This document shows positions 43,486 to 54,536 of a DNA stretch of 64,000 nt, piece by piece. The stretch is taken from NCBI GenBank assembly GCA_963842375.1, contig CAWJGB010000013.1:170665-234664 (forward strand), read 5' to 3'. Position 1 is the stretch's first letter; every line of letters begins with the position of its first letter. A program made the position numbers and the translations under genes. Origin of the DNA: an uncultured Solirubrobacterales bacterium (GTDB lineage Bacteria; Actinomycetota; Thermoleophilia; Solirubrobacterales; 70-9). The notes beneath the pieces were generated by a model. The model had not been told where the DNA came from, made no database searches, and worked only from the letters and a program-made list of their open reading frames with translations.

Positions 43486-44028
43486 AGGGCCGTGACGCAC
43501 CATGCCGAGCTGGAGCTCAACGGCGGCAATGCGCTCAACCGGGATGCGCGGGCCGTCGGGCGGCGGCTGAAGCCATGGCCACTCGGCGGGCTCGGAGAGC
43601 GCCCGGACGTAGTCCTCGATGCCGGCCGGCGTCGAGAGGATCAGCGCCCGCGCGGTGTCGGACTCGACACGGAAGGTATGAGCGGTCCCTCCGGGCGCGA
43701 AGACAACCGCGCCAGCGCCGCAGCGCTGCCCGCGCTCGGCCACCCATGCCGGCGGATCGCCCTGCTCGTCGGCAAGCCCGGGCTCGACGATCCAGGCGGT
43801 GAGCTCGCCGTCGAGCACATAGAAGGTCTCGTCCTGGGGATGGGAGTGCAGAGGCGGAGCCGCGCCTTGGGGGAAGAGCACCTCGATTAGGCCGAAGCGT
43901 CCGGCGGTCTGGGAGCCGTCGAGCTTGATCCTCGCCAGCGTGCCGAGAAACCACAGCGCATCGCCGCCTGAGGAGGCGACCTGCGGCTGTGCGTTTGGGT
44001 CGGACACGTCTCGGCTCTCGGTGCTCAT
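43465..44028 (-). CDS. Cupin-domain protein
   Basis: Start set to ATG 44028 (MSTESRD). Cupin motifs PLHSHPQDETFYVLDGEL and GGTAHTF. Confidence 0.8.
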   Translation of the reverse strand: MSTESRDVSDPNAQPQVASSGGDALWFLGTLARIKLDGSQTAGRFGLIEVLFPQGAAPPLHSHPQDETFYVLDGELTAWIVEPGLADEQGDPPAWVAERGQRCGAGAVVFAPGGTAHTFRVESDTARALILSTPAGIEDYVRALSEPAEWPWLQPPPDGPRIPVERIAAVELQLGMVRHGPSPPAVE

Positions 44029-44334
44029 TTCGGAGAAGGTCCCCCACCCTACAGCGGGCGGCATCGCTGGGAAGACGTGAACGTCGAGGGAACCACGCGC
44101 TGGCTCTACACTTTTCGCCGTAAGTGGGTAGGCGAAGGAGACGAGAGGTGTTCTTGTGCCGTTAAATGGCGCCACCGTAGTTGGTTGAATCGCCGCAGCG
44201 ATGACTTCGGCCATGCCCGGCCTATCTTGACGGACGGCAAGGTCTGCGACTCACGCCCTGAGGATTAGGTCTTACCCGAGGAGCGGTGCATCCCCACGCG
44301 GAGGTCGCGGCAGACAACCGGGTCTCCCTTGCAA

Positions 44335-45303
44335 TCAGCCCCGTGCGGCCAGTTCCTCGCGAAGCTCCCTGGGGAGCATGAAACGGACGTCCTCGTGGAC
44401 GGTGCGCAGCTCTGAGACATCATCGGCGCCGCGGTCGCGGAAAAAGGAGACGAGGCGCTCGACCAGCTCCTCGGGCGCGCTGGCGCCGGAGGTAATGCCG
44501 ATCGTCTCCACTCCCTCCAGCCACTCCTCATCAACCTGGTCGTGGTTGTCGATCAGGTGGGAGGCGGCGCCGTGCTCGCGCGCCACCTCGACTAGGCGGT
44601 TGGAGTTGGATGAGTTGGTGGAGCCGATCACCAGCACCAGGTCGCACTCACGGGCGAGCTGCTTTACCGCGATCTGGCGATTGGTCGTCGCGTAGCAGAT
44701 GTCGTCGGACTTGGAGCTGACGATGGCGGGGAACCTGACGCGCAGGGCCGCGATGATCTCGGCGGTCTCGTCGACCGAGAGCGTCGTCTGGGTGATGAAG
44801 GCGACCCGCTCGGGATCGACCACCTCCAGAGCGTCGACCTCCTCCACGGTCTGTACCAAGACGATGTTGTCCGGCGCCTCCCCTGTGGTCCCCTCCACCT
44901 CCTCGTGTCCGGCGTGGCCGATCATCACGATCGTGTAGCCCTGGGCAGCAAAGCGACGCGCCTCGACGTGGACCTTGGTGACCAACGGGCACGTAGCGTC
45001 GATCGTACGCAAGCGGCGGGCGGTGGCGTTGTCGTGGACGGCGGGGGCGACACCATGGGCGGAGAAGACAACCATCTCCCCTTCTGGCACCTCGGTCTCC
45101 TGCTCGACGAAGACCGCGCCGCGCTCAGCAAGCTGCTCGACCACGTGCTTGTTGTGGACGATCTCCTTGCGGACGTAGACCGGAGCCCCGAAGAGGTCGA
45201 GGGCGCGCTCGACCGTCTGCACGGCGCGGTCGACGCCGGCACAGTAGCCGCGCGGGGCGGCGAGCAGGACCCGCTTGGGGCCGGCGGTTGCGGTGGAGGC
45301 CAT
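44335..45303 (-). CDS. ispH: 4-hydroxy-3-methylbut-2-enyl diphosphate reductase
   Basis: [31 protein letters not shown] and [11 protein letters not shown]. Confidence 0.93.
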   Translation of the reverse strand: MASTATAGPKRVLLAAPRGYCAGVDRAVQTVERALDLFGAPVYVRKEIVHNKHVVEQLAERGAVFVEQETEVPEGEMVVFSAHGVAPAVHDNATARRLRTIDATCPLVTKVHVEARRFAAQGYTIVMIGHAGHEEVEGTTGEAPDNIVLVQTVEEVDALEVVDPERVAFITQTTLSVDETAEIIAALRVRFPAIVSSKSDDICYATTNRQIAVKQLARECDLVLVIGSTNSSNSNRLVEVAREHGAASHLIDNHDQVDEEWLEGVETIGITSGASAPEELVERLVSFFRDRGADDVSELRTVHEDVRFMLPRELREELAARG

Positions 45304-45386
45304 GGGTTGCAGGGTAGCGGTGACGAGTTTGCGGGCGGCGGTGCATGGTGGCCAGCGGCGCAGGGCGAAGCTACTAGCCTTGCGAC

Positions 45387-46799
45387 ATGAGCACCGACGG
45401 ACACCACCTCGACCGGCTGACCGCCATCGACGCTTCCTTCCTGACCAACGAGAGCTCCACCAGCCACATGCACGTAGGGGCGATCCTGATCTTCGAGGGG
45501 CCGCCGCCCCGCTATCTCGACCTGGTCGACCACGTGCGGGGGCGACTGAGTCAGGTGCCGCGCTTCCGCCAGCGGCTCGTGGTGCCGCCGCTGGAGGCGG
45601 GCCGGCCGCTCTGGGCCGACGATGTCAATTTCAACCTCAGCTACCACATCCGCCACACGGCGCTGCCCGAACCAGGTGGCGAGGAGGAGTTGCGACGGCT
45701 CGCCGGCCGCGTCTTCTCCCAGCAGCTCGACCGCTCCAAGCCGCTCTGGGAGCTGTGGCTGGCGCAGGGACTGGAGCGGGACCGCTTCGCGATCCTGACC
45801 AAGACCCACCATGCGATGGTCGACGGAATCTCCGGAGTCGACATCGGGACCGTGCTGTTCGATCTCGAACCGGTGCCAGAGCCGGCTGCGGTCGATGACG
45901 GCTGGGTGCCGCACCCCTCCCCGACGACGGCCGAGCTGGTGGGGCGAGGTGCGATCGACGTCGCGCTGGCGCCGGTGAAGCTGGCCGGGCGGGCGGTTGA
46001 GGCGGTGCGCCACCCCGAGTCGGCTGCGAAGCGGTTGACCGAGGCGCTGGAGGGGGTGAGCGAGGTCGTCGGAGCGTTCGCCAATCCGGCGCCCGACGTG
46101 CCGCTGAACCGACCGATCGGACCGCACCGGCGCTTCCTCTGGGTCCGCTCGGAGCTGGTGACCTTCAAGCGAATAAAGGACGCCCTGGGCGGGACCGTCA
46201 ACGACGTTGTGCTGGCAAGTGTGACCGGCGCGCTGCGCGGCTGGTTGCACGAACGCGGCGTCCGCACCGAGGGGCTGGAGCTGAGAGCGCTGGTGCCGGT
46301 CTCTATCCGCAGCGAGGATGAGCGGGGCAACCTTGGCAACCGGATCGCCGCGATGCGCGGACCGCTGCCGGTCTACGTCGAGGATCCGGTGCGGCGGCTA
46401 CGGGTGGTCAGCGAGCAGATGGAAGGACTGAAGCGCTCAAAGCAGGCACTGGGGGCGGAAGTGATCTCCCGCTTCAATGACTTCGCTCCTCCGACCCTGC
46501 TTGCCCAGGCCTCGCGGATCAACTTCTCGACCCGGCTCTTCAACCTGATCGTCACCAACGTTCCCGGGCCCCAGATCCCCCTCTATGTCCTAGGGCGAGA
46601 GCTTGAAGAGGTCTTCCCTGTCGCCTTTCTGCCCCAAGACCACGCGCTGGCGGTTGCGATCATGAGCTACAACGGCCGCATCGGCTTCGGCCTGCTCGCC
46701 GACTACGACTCGATGGACGACGCCGATGCGATCGCCCGCGGCATCACCGAGTCGCTGGCCGAGTTGGAGGCCGCGGCCACGGCAGCCGCGCAGGCCTAA
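45387..46799 (+). CDS. Wax ester synthase/diacylglycerol acyltransferase (WS/DGAT)
   Basis: [10 protein letters not shown] active-site motif. 470 aa. Confidence 0.9.
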   Translation: MSTDGHHLDRLTAIDASFLTNESSTSHMHVGAILIFEGPPPRYLDLVDHVRGRLSQVPRFRQRLVVPPLEAGRPLWADDVNFNLSYHIRHTALPEPGGEEELRRLAGRVFSQQLDRSKPLWELWLAQGLERDRFAILTKTHHAMVDGISGVDIGTVLFDLEPVPEPAAVDDGWVPHPSPTTAELVGRGAIDVALAPVKLAGRAVEAVRHPESAAKRLTEALEGVSEVVGAFANPAPDVPLNRPIGPHRRFLWVRSELVTFKRIKDALGGTVNDVVLASVTGALRGWLHERGVRTEGLELRALVPVSIRSEDERGNLGNRIAAMRGPLPVYVEDPVRRLRVVSEQMEGLKRSKQALGAEVISRFNDFAPPTLLAQASRINFSTRLFNLIVTNVPGPQIPLYVLGRELEEVFPVAFLPQDHALAVAIMSYNGRIGFGLLADYDSMDDADAIARGITESLAELEAAATAAAQA

Positions 46800-46838
46800 G
46801 CGCTCGCGGGGCCGAACGGGCGCCAAGGCTAGGCTTCG

Positions 46839-47321
46839 ATGGTGGCCCTGCTGGTCATTGTCTTGATCGTCATGCCGATCGCGGAGCTGTACGTGATCGT
46901 CCGAGTCGGCGAGCTGATCGGCGTGCTGCCAACCCTGGCGCTGCTTCTCGCAGGCGCACTGCTCGGCGCTCTGCTGCTTCGCCTCCAGGGGCGCGGCGCC
47001 TGGAGGCGCTTCAACGCAGCGCTCTCCGCACGCCGCTTCCCCGGTCGCGAGGTCGCCGACGGCCTGATGATCGCGGTCGGCGCCACGTTGCTGTTGATCC
47101 CGGGCTTCATCACCGATCTCTTCGGCTTGATCTTCCTGGTCCCGCCGACGAGGGCGATCGCAAGGCGGCTGATGCGCATCTACCTAGGGCGCCGTTTCGT
47201 GGTGGTCGGCGTGGCCGATCGAACCATGCGGGGCAGAGACGAACGGGGCAGCAGCCGGCCCTATGACTTCGACGCGACCGCCGAGGAGGTCGGACCCGAC
47301 GATCGCCAGCTGCGCCGCTAA
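46839..47321 (+). CDS. fxsA: FxsA-family membrane protein
   Basis: PIAELYVIVRVGELIG and LLLIPGFITDLFGLIFLVPPTR. Confidence 0.85.
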   Translation: MVALLVIVLIVMPIAELYVIVRVGELIGVLPTLALLLAGALLGALLLRLQGRGAWRRFNAALSARRFPGREVADGLMIAVGATLLLIPGFITDLFGLIFLVPPTRAIARRLMRIYLGRRFVVVGVADRTMRGRDERGSSRPYDFDATAEEVGPDDRQLRR

Positions 47322-48235
47322 ATCTCCTCCACCTCGCTCGAGAGCCCCTGCCGCAACATGGCGAGGCCGAGCAGACCGCCGAGGCCCGGAACCCAGAAGG
47401 CGATTGCGTGGTAGACGAGCACCGCCGCGGCAGCATCGATCGGCGAGATGCCGTAGATGACGAGCGTGCCGACCAGACCGCCGTCGAGCACCCCGACTCC
47501 ACCCGGGACCGGGATCAGGTTGGCGAGGTAGCCGATTATGTAGCCGAGGGTCAGGGGCGCCAGCGGTGGGCGGGTCCCAAGGGCCCCAAACGCCGCCCAG
47601 AGCACGGCGATGTCGAAGAGCAGGTAGCCGAGCGCGCCCCAAAGGCGCCAGCTGGGCCGCCGCAGCGCGTACTCGGCGTCGCGGATCCCCTCGATCAGGT
47701 CGCTGATCCATGCCCGCCCGCCGGGGCGGGAGGTCCTGCGGGGCTGGCGCGCCGGGAGCGCCCAGACCACCACCGTCGCCAAGGCGCCGGCGACGATCGG
47801 CAGTGCCGCCCGCAGGAAGTCCCCTGGTCCCGCCGAGAGCCCGGTGAGCAGCAGGACCCCGGCCGCGATCATCGCGGCGACGCTGGCGGCGCTAGTGATC
47901 AGGAACAGGGCGCTGGAGCGCTGCACGATGGAGCGCGTGGACATGCCGGCGAGGTGCAGGAGCCAGCCGCCGATTGCCAGCCCGCCGACTCCTCCGCCTG
48001 GAAGCAGCACGCCGGAGGCAAGCTCGACCCAGGCGAGGCGGCGGGCTTGGCGGGGCGGGACGGGGGCAAAGAAGAGCCGGAAGACGACGACGAAGCTCGC
48101 GCAGGAGGCCAGCTCAAGCGCAATGGCCACCGCAATCCAGCCGGGGCTCATGTGGCCGATCGCCTTCAGCACCTCGCGCAGCGGGGGTACCGCGAGCAGC
48201 AGACCGAGAATGAAGACCCCCAGCAGCAGCGCCAT
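47318..48235 (-). CDS. Lysylphosphatidylglycerol-synthase-TM-like (UPF0104) membrane protein
   Basis: Start set to ATG 48235 (MALLLGVFILGLL). Multiple TM helices. IPVPGGVGVLDGG motif. Confidence 0.75.
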   Translation of the reverse strand: MALLLGVFILGLLLAVPPLREVLKAIGHMSPGWIAVAIALELASCASFVVVFRLFFAPVPPRQARRLAWVELASGVLLPGGGVGGLAIGGWLLHLAGMSTRSIVQRSSALFLITSAASVAAMIAAGVLLLTGLSAGPGDFLRAALPIVAGALATVVVWALPARQPRRTSRPGGRAWISDLIEGIRDAEYALRRPSWRLWGALGYLLFDIAVLWAAFGALGTRPPLAPLTLGYIIGYLANLIPVPGGVGVLDGGLVGTLVIYGISPIDAAAAVLVYHAIAFWVPGLGGLLGLAMLRQGLSSEVEEI

Positions 48236-48300
48236 GGCCAGGCGGCGCAGGACGGCGTGTCGGTCGATCGGCGAGGTGCCTTCGATCGACTGCGTCTTCC

Positions 48301-49185
48301 TCAGGAGAGCACCCGACGGCGGAAGTTGCGCAGGCCGAGCGACAGGAACACGGCGCAGAAGCCGGTCAGCACCGGGAAGACGACGTACAGTGGCATGTGC
48401 GAGGCTTCTGTCAACCCCGCGCGCATACCCTCGGCGACGTAGATCAGCGGGTTGACCAGAACCAGGACCTGCAGCCAGTGAATGCCGTCCACCTGGACCG
48501 GCGATAGTTTCGTCCACTGGTAGTAGGTGCCACCGAGGAAGGTCAGCGGCAAAACGACGAACCCGAACATGAGCCCGATATTGCGTGGCTCGAACGTCGT
48601 CCCAAGCAACAATCCGAGCGAGGTCATGGCGACGCATGCGAGAGGTATCAGGGTGACGACAACCCACCAGTGGATCGAGAGATGGGCTTCCACGCCGGGG
48701 GCATGAATCACCGCGGCCATCGGGAAGACAACAACCGCCGCGAGCACTCCCTGGACGGACCCAGACATCACCTTCGCAACGGCGACGAGCCAGATCGGGC
48801 AGGGGGCTTGGACGCGATCCTCGATCTCACGGGTGTAGCCGAACTCGGTGGACAGCTGCAAGGCGACAGCTTGGATTCCCTGGAACATGATCGAGATCGC
48901 GACGACGCCGGGGACCAGCACAGTCGCGAAGGCCGACTCGGCGATCGACCCTCCGCCCCCGCCGACGCCCTGGCCGATCGAGGGGAATACGTACAGGAAG
49001 ACGAAGACGAGCAGGAACGGCTGGATGAGGGTGCGAACCAGGAACTCGGCGAAGTTCTTCCTCAGCACCAGTAGGTCGCGCAGGATCAGCGCTCGCAGCG
49101 CCAGACGGCTCGCCTGTGCTGTGGAGCGCGCCGGTCGCAGCTCGATATCGGCGCCCACCAGGGCTGGCTGAACAGCACCTGCCAT
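48301..49185 (-). CDS. ABC-2 type transporter permease
   Basis: Six hydrophobic segments. Its start overlaps the ATPase stop (atga). Confidence 0.85.
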   Translation of the reverse strand: MAGAVQPALVGADIELRPARSTAQASRLALRALILRDLLVLRKNFAEFLVRTLIQPFLLVFVFLYVFPSIGQGVGGGGGSIAESAFATVLVPGVVAISIMFQGIQAVALQLSTEFGYTREIEDRVQAPCPIWLVAVAKVMSGSVQGVLAAVVVFPMAAVIHAPGVEAHLSIHWWVVVTLIPLACVAMTSLGLLLGTTFEPRNIGLMFGFVVLPLTFLGGTYYQWTKLSPVQVDGIHWLQVLVLVNPLIYVAEGMRAGLTEASHMPLYVVFPVLTGFCAVFLSLGLRNFRRRVLS

Positions 49186-50219
49186 CAGTCGCGAAGCGCC
49201 TTCCCGGTGAGATTGATGAACACGGTCTCAAGACTGGGCTTGGAAACGGAAAGATCGGCAACCTCAAAGCCGCCGCTCTCGGCGGCGTTCACCACTCGCG
49301 GCACGAGCCGCTTGGCGCCCTGCACGTGAAGCTCCACGCCTCCGTCGACCACGCGGGTGCGGGTGACACCATCGATCTCACTCGTGAGCCGATCGATGAG
49401 CGCGGCGCTGTCCCCGGCGGCCCTCACGGTGACGATCTCCTCGGCGCCAACCGACTGCTTGAGCGCAGCTGGCGTATCGAGCGCAAGGATCTTGCCGTGA
49501 TCCATGATCGCCACTCGGTCGCAGAGCTGGTCGGCCTCCTCCATGTAGTGGGTGGTGAGCAGGATCGTCTGCCCCCCGCGATTGAGCTCCCCTAGAACCT
49601 CCCACAGCGCGAGGCGGCCCTGCGGGTCAAGACCTGCGGTCGGCTCGTCCATGAAGAGAACGGCAGGGCGGTGAAAGATCGCCCGCGCGACCATCAGCCG
49701 CTGGGCCATCCCCCCCGAGAGCGCAAACACCGAGGCCTTCGCCCACTTGGATAGCTGGAACTGCTCGAGCAGATCATCGGCGGTGCGGCGCGACTGTGAT
49801 GCGGGAACTCCGAAAAGGCGACCGTGAAAGTAGAGGTTCTCCCACACCGTGAGCTGGCGATCCAGGGTGTTCGTCTGCGAGACGGTGCCAATCAGCTGCT
49901 TGGCCAGCGCCGGATGGGCCACGACGTCGATCGCGCCCACATACGCGGACCCCGAGGTGGGGACCACCCGCGTGGTGAGCATTCCTGCGGTCGTCGTCTT
50001 GCCGGCGCCGTTGGGCCCAAGCAGGCCGAAGATCTCACCGCCGCGCACGCTCAGGTCGAGCTTGTCGACAGCGGCGAAGTCGGTGCCGGCATAGACCTTG
50101 GTGAGCTCGACCGTACGGATGACCTCACCACCGTCATGCCTTGTCGGTGTCGCGGGTTCGCCCGCCCCGGCCCCAGGATGGGCCGACGACGGCGGGTCAG
50201 CTGGCCCGGTGGTTGCCAT
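49185..50219 (-). CDS. ABC transporter ATP-binding protein (DrrA-like exporter type)
   Basis: GPNGAGKTT, LSGGMAQR and LFMDEPTAGLD. Confidence 0.9.
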   Translation of the reverse strand: MATTGPADPPSSAHPGAGAGEPATPTRHDGGEVIRTVELTKVYAGTDFAAVDKLDLSVRGGEIFGLLGPNGAGKTTTAGMLTTRVVPTSGSAYVGAIDVVAHPALAKQLIGTVSQTNTLDRQLTVWENLYFHGRLFGVPASQSRRTADDLLEQFQLSKWAKASVFALSGGMAQRLMVARAIFHRPAVLFMDEPTAGLDPQGRLALWEVLGELNRGGQTILLTTHYMEEADQLCDRVAIMDHGKILALDTPAALKQSVGAEEIVTVRAAGDSAALIDRLTSEIDGVTRTRVVDGGVELHVQGAKRLVPRVVNAAESGGFEVADLSVSKPSLETVFINLTGKALRD

Positions 50220-50806
50220 ACGGGGCCTAGAAGCCCAATGCGAACTTGGCGTCCCCGGTCATCATCTCCAGCGGTTGCGGGCACGATTGGCCTGCAATTC
50301 GACCACTTCTGCCTGGCCGTGGGGACGGAGGTGGGGACGCTGGACCCCTAAACCGAAGCGCTATGGAGCGGCGTAGTGCCACCGGTTTTCCTGACGCAGT
50401 ATGCCTTCCATCTCCGCCTGAATCTACCGTAAGCCGCAGATGACTCACGCGTGGAATGGACCAATCACCTGAGCTGCCTGGCCCCCTCTAAAACTTTGGT
50501 CAATGGCCGACGCGACCGCGTAATCCATTTCGCTCCGGCTGCCTATGACCGCTTTGCTCGCGAGGTTGGGCTCAGGACCTGTCAACGGGATCAAGGTCTG
50601 CAAAGCCGTTTACACCGGTTCGATTCCGGGTAGGCGTCTCTACAATTTCCAAGGGAACATGATCCCGAATGGGTGCCGAAGGGCGGCGGCGCGGCCCGCA
50701 CGCGCGGATACACTCACAGAGATCGAAGTGGTGATACGGCGAGCCCAATTCCGAGGTCCAGTCGCGCCTTCGCGGACAGCGCTCGATCGCTGCAAGCACG
50801 CGCTCG

Positions 50807-52348
50807 ATGCTCGATAGCTCTCGCTCCCGTGCCGCCGCAGCGGTACTCGCGGGTGTCGTGGGCTATGACCTCCTTCAGCGTCGGCGCGCGATCCTGCGCA
50901 ACTTCCCGATTGCCGGCCATCTTCGCTACGCGCTGGAGGCATTCGGCCCCGAGTTGCGCCAGTACATCGTCACCTCCAACAACGAGGAGCGCCCGTTCTC
51001 ACGCGATCAGAGGCGATGGATCGGCGCCTCCGCGGAGGGAAAGCCGAACGTGTTCGGGTTCGGCACCGACGATGAGATGGAGGCGGTCGAGAGCCTGCTC
51101 ATCATCAAGCACTCGCCGTTTCCGGCCCCTGAGCCCCTCGCCGGAGAACCCGGTGGGCCGACCCAGTACGCAGTCCCAGCCGCCAAGGTGCTCGGAGCCA
51201 GCCATGGACGGCGCCACGCCTTCCGCCCGGCCTCGCTCGTGAACCTCTCCGGCATGAGCTACGGCTCGCTCTCGCCAGTCGCGGTGCAGGCCCTCAATCG
51301 CGGCGCCGGGATCGCCGGCTGTCTGCAGAACACCGGTGAGGGTGGCCTAGCACCAGCGCATTGCCATGGCGGGGAGCTGATCTTTCAGATCGGCACCGGC
51401 TACTTCGGCTGCCGCGATGCGCGGGGTCGCTTCAGTCTCGCGAAGCTCCGCGAGCGAGCGGAGCAGGCGCCCGTGCGCGCGATCGAGATCAAGCTCTCTC
51501 AGGGCGCCAAGCCCGGGCTCGGAGGACTGCTTCCTGCGGTCAAGGTGACCCCCGAGATCGCCGACATCCGCTGCGTTCCCGCCGGCCAGGACTGCGTCAG
51601 CCCGCCGGCGCATTCGGAGTTCTCAGACGTCGACGGCATGATCGAGTTCATCGAGCTGATCGCTTCAGAGACGGGCCTGCCGGTAGGGATCAAGTCCGCC
51701 GTCGGGGAGGTCGACTTCTGGAAAGAACTCGTCGAGCGAATGGGGGCCGCGGGGGGTGGGCCCGATTTCGTCACCGTCGACGGCGGAGAGGGAGGGACCG
51801 GCGCGGCACCGCTTTCCTTCTCCGATCACGTGGCGCTGCCGTTCAAGCTGGGCTTCGCGCGCGTCTACGACACATTCGCGCGTGGCGGCCTGGCTGAGGA
51901 TGTGGTCTTCATCGGCTCGGGGCGGCTCGGATTCCCGGACTCAGCCCTGTTCGCCTTCGCCCTGGGCTGCGACATGATCAACGTGGGTCGCGAGGCGATG
52001 ATGGCGATCGGCTGCATCCAGGCCCAGCGCTGCCACACCGGCCGCTGCCCGACCGGAGTCGCCACGCAGTCGCGCTGGCTCATGCACGGACTCGACCCTG
52101 AGTTGAAGTCGAGCCGCGCGGCCAACTACCTCGTCGCCTTCCGGGCCGAGCTCCTCGCCTTGGCGCGATCCTGCGGGGTGCCACATCCCGCCCTGGTCAC
52201 CCCCGAACACATCGAGATCGTCTCCGAGCGCTACGGATCGGCGCCGCTCATCGACGTGTTCGGGTACAAGCCCGACTGGCCCGTGCTCTCGGCTCCCCGA
52301 CGCCGGGAGCTGGAGTGCCTCCTGTCTCAGCCGGGCCAGGCCGCATAG
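50807..52348 (+). CDS. FMN-binding glutamate-synthase-family protein
   Basis: ...LRNFPIAGHLRYALEAFGPELRQY..., ...EIKLSQGAKPGLGG... and ...GGEGGTGAAP... Confidence 0.88.
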   Translation: MLDSSRSRAAAAVLAGVVGYDLLQRRRAILRNFPIAGHLRYALEAFGPELRQYIVTSNNEERPFSRDQRRWIGASAEGKPNVFGFGTDDEMEAVESLLIIKHSPFPAPEPLAGEPGGPTQYAVPAAKVLGASHGRRHAFRPASLVNLSGMSYGSLSPVAVQALNRGAGIAGCLQNTGEGGLAPAHCHGGELIFQIGTGYFGCRDARGRFSLAKLRERAEQAPVRAIEIKLSQGAKPGLGGLLPAVKVTPEIADIRCVPAGQDCVSPPAHSEFSDVDGMIEFIELIASETGLPVGIKSAVGEVDFWKELVERMGAAGGGPDFVTVDGGEGGTGAAPLSFSDHVALPFKLGFARVYDTFARGGLAEDVVFIGSGRLGFPDSALFAFALGCDMINVGREAMMAIGCIQAQRCHTGRCPTGVATQSRWLMHGLDPELKSSRAANYLVAFRAELLALARSCGVPHPALVTPEHIEIVSERYGSAPLIDVFGYKPDWPVLSAPRRRELECLLSQPGQAA

Positions 52349-52505
52349 TGGACCGGCATGAGATACACCTGATCTACGCAGTGATCGGTAGGAGTTTCTC
52401 CGGCGACTCCGTCACCTGTGTTCATGCCGGCGGCTCGCCAGGGTCAAAGGGTATGCCGGAACCCGGCTCGGTGAGGAAATAGCGTGGGTGAGAAAGAGAG
52501 TAACG

Positions 52506-53018
52506 ATGAGACATCTCCGTTTCCACATCCACGCCGACCTCCAAAGTCGGTCCTTTCTGCTGCAACGTGTCCAGCCGGGCCTGGCCGGCTTGATGGATGG
52601 CTCGCTCTCGACCCTGGCTCCGATCTTCGCCGTGGTCCTGGCCACCCATCGCCCGCTTACCGCCTTCTACACCGGCTTGGCAACGGCGCTCGGTGCCGGC
52701 GTCAGCATGGCGTTCTCCGAGGGCCTTTCGGATACCGGCGATCTGACCGGGCGTGGTAAACCGTTGGTTCGCGGCGCAATAACCGGCGGTGGGACGTTCC
52801 TTGGGGGCGTCTTTCACACCTTGCCCTTTCTGATCTCGGACTACCGGGTGGCCATCGTGCTTGCAGTTATCGTCGTCTCCATCGAGCTAGTTGTCCTCGC
52901 CTGGCTGCGGTGGAAGTTCTTCGAAACCAACTTCATCCGCTCGTTCGTATCGATCACCGTCGGTGGGGCAATCATCGCCAGCCTCAGCGCGGCCCTTGGT
53001 GTCGCGGCAGGCGGGTAG
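52506..53018 (+). CDS. VIT1/CCC1-family membrane protein (short form)
   Basis: GLMDGSLSTLAPIF and SMAFSEGLSD. Start is ATG 52506, or 52488 as in the track. Confidence 0.75.
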   Translation: MRHLRFHIHADLQSRSFLLQRVQPGLAGLMDGSLSTLAPIFAVVLATHRPLTAFYTGLATALGAGVSMAFSEGLSDTGDLTGRGKPLVRGAITGGGTFLGGVFHTLPFLISDYRVAIVLAVIVVSIELVVLAWLRWKFFETNFIRSFVSITVGGAIIASLSAALGVAAGG

Positions 53019-53292
53019 TCGATCGTTGCTCCTCGGGAATCTGGCTTCGCCGGCGAGAGTCGAAACGGATCGGAACGTGATGCTGCCCGCACTCGGACTC
53101 GGCCAGGAGTAGGCGCGCCTGCGAGGTAGGTATCACCTCTTCTGCCAGCTCGGCCCGAGCCGCGACGGCGGCGACATCCAGTGCGGTGCGGGGCGGCACG
53201 GTCGTCGTCAGCCGGGCCCTGACCCTCTACCCACTGCTGGATATGTCCGAACGAGGAGAGACGCAAGACAGCGCGGCGCCTCCGCCCGGCCC

Positions 53293-54148
53293 TCAAGCGC
53301 GAGCTGCGCGAGGTTTACGTGAGTGCGGCCGGCTGTGAGCGGGTTTCGGGTCTGTCGTGCCGGTGGGTTGTCGGCCTATCTGCCACACCCCGGCATCGTG
53401 CTGCGCATCAAGCCAGCGCTCGGCGTCGCGTCGGCCGAGCGCGATCAACTCATCGATGAACTCGCGAGCGAGGAACAGGTAGCTGAGCAGCTCGCCGTGG
53501 ACCGCGCTGCGCTCCGCGTTGACCATCCGCCCGAACAGCGCGAGGTTGGTGTCGCGCACGAGGCCGCCGATCCCGGCGTAGTGACGCTTGTATACATCGC
53601 GCGCGAGGTGTCCGATCTTGAGGCGATCGCTCGGCGCTACGAAGATGTAGGGAATGGTTCGGCGGGGTCTTTTGCCGGCGTCTTTGCCGTCTGCGGATGA
53701 CCCGGCCGGGGTGAGCGTCTCGTTGACGGCAGCAAGCTTCGCGACGTCGTCGGCGAGCTGATCGGCGAGCACGACCTGCAGCAGCTGCGCGTGAGGACGG
53801 CACCTCGGCCTCCCTCGCGGTCTCCACCACCGGCAGCGTTCCGCTCTGGACGCGCACGAGACGCCCAAAGCCGGTCGGCCGGATGTCTTTGGGATCGGGG
53901 TAGCTGCCGAGGCTGGGGTCCACGGGCAGGGCTCGCCGCCACACTTCGGGGTTACCGCATACCCGGCCCCACTCGCGCCCCACGCTACGCAGGACGCCAA
54001 GCTGGCTCGCGTCGAGCGTCGCCAGCTGTGCATCGGGACTTGGAGCGCCCGGACCGTCCTCGCCGGCGCGCTCGCCCGGATCGCCGCCCGTGACAGCCTC
54101 GCCGGTGCCAGGCGAGCCGGGCCGAGATCCGTGGCGGCGAACGTCCAT
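53293..54148 (-). pseudogene. Frameshifted gene remnant; the C-terminal part resembles the conserved tail of large patatin-related proteins (uncertain)
   Basis: The frame from 54148 reads ...GRLVRVQSGTLPVVETAREAEVP and then goes off-frame. The next frame continues AQLLQVVLADQLADDVAKLAAV...HGELLSYLFLAREFIDELIALGRRDAERWL. The span is 856 nt, which is 3n+1. No GxSxG or GGxxG region is present. Confidence 0.45.
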
Positions 54149-54536
54149 CAGCTACTCGCTCGCCTCATGACGCGGAGAAGCTACCCGACGAAGACCGCAA
54201 GGGGCGCGTCGTAGGATCCATGGACTTCCCCGGACGCAATGTCGCCGGCGGCGGGCGCAACACCTGAGGGACGTCCCAAGAAGCCCTTGGCTGACGTTCT
54301 CAACGCGAGAAGCGCTACCTCTCCTCAGGCACGAGGTGGTTGCGTTGCGCAGCTGGCCTGACCACTATCGCTCGCGCGTGACTCGGAGCTGGTAAAGACA
54401 GCCAGACGTAGACGCTCCCTCCGGGACGAGGAGCGCACGTGTCCGCCGGTGCTCAGCACGTCCCCGTCGACGAGGCGATCCAACTACGGCGTCAGCTGCC
54501 GTCGGAACCTACGACTAGTTGGATCAACTCCGACTG

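Noticed and set aside
50560-50640. A complete tRNA or tmRNA gene around the GGTTCGATTCC T-loop.
   Set aside because: I could not find a 5' acceptor strand complementary to taggcgt, nor a 5-7-5 anticodon arm with U33. For tmRNA, there was no GGGG...TTCGAC 5' end and no Ala-Ala-stop tag frame. Kept only as a fragment; it needs tRNAscan/ARAGORN confirmation.
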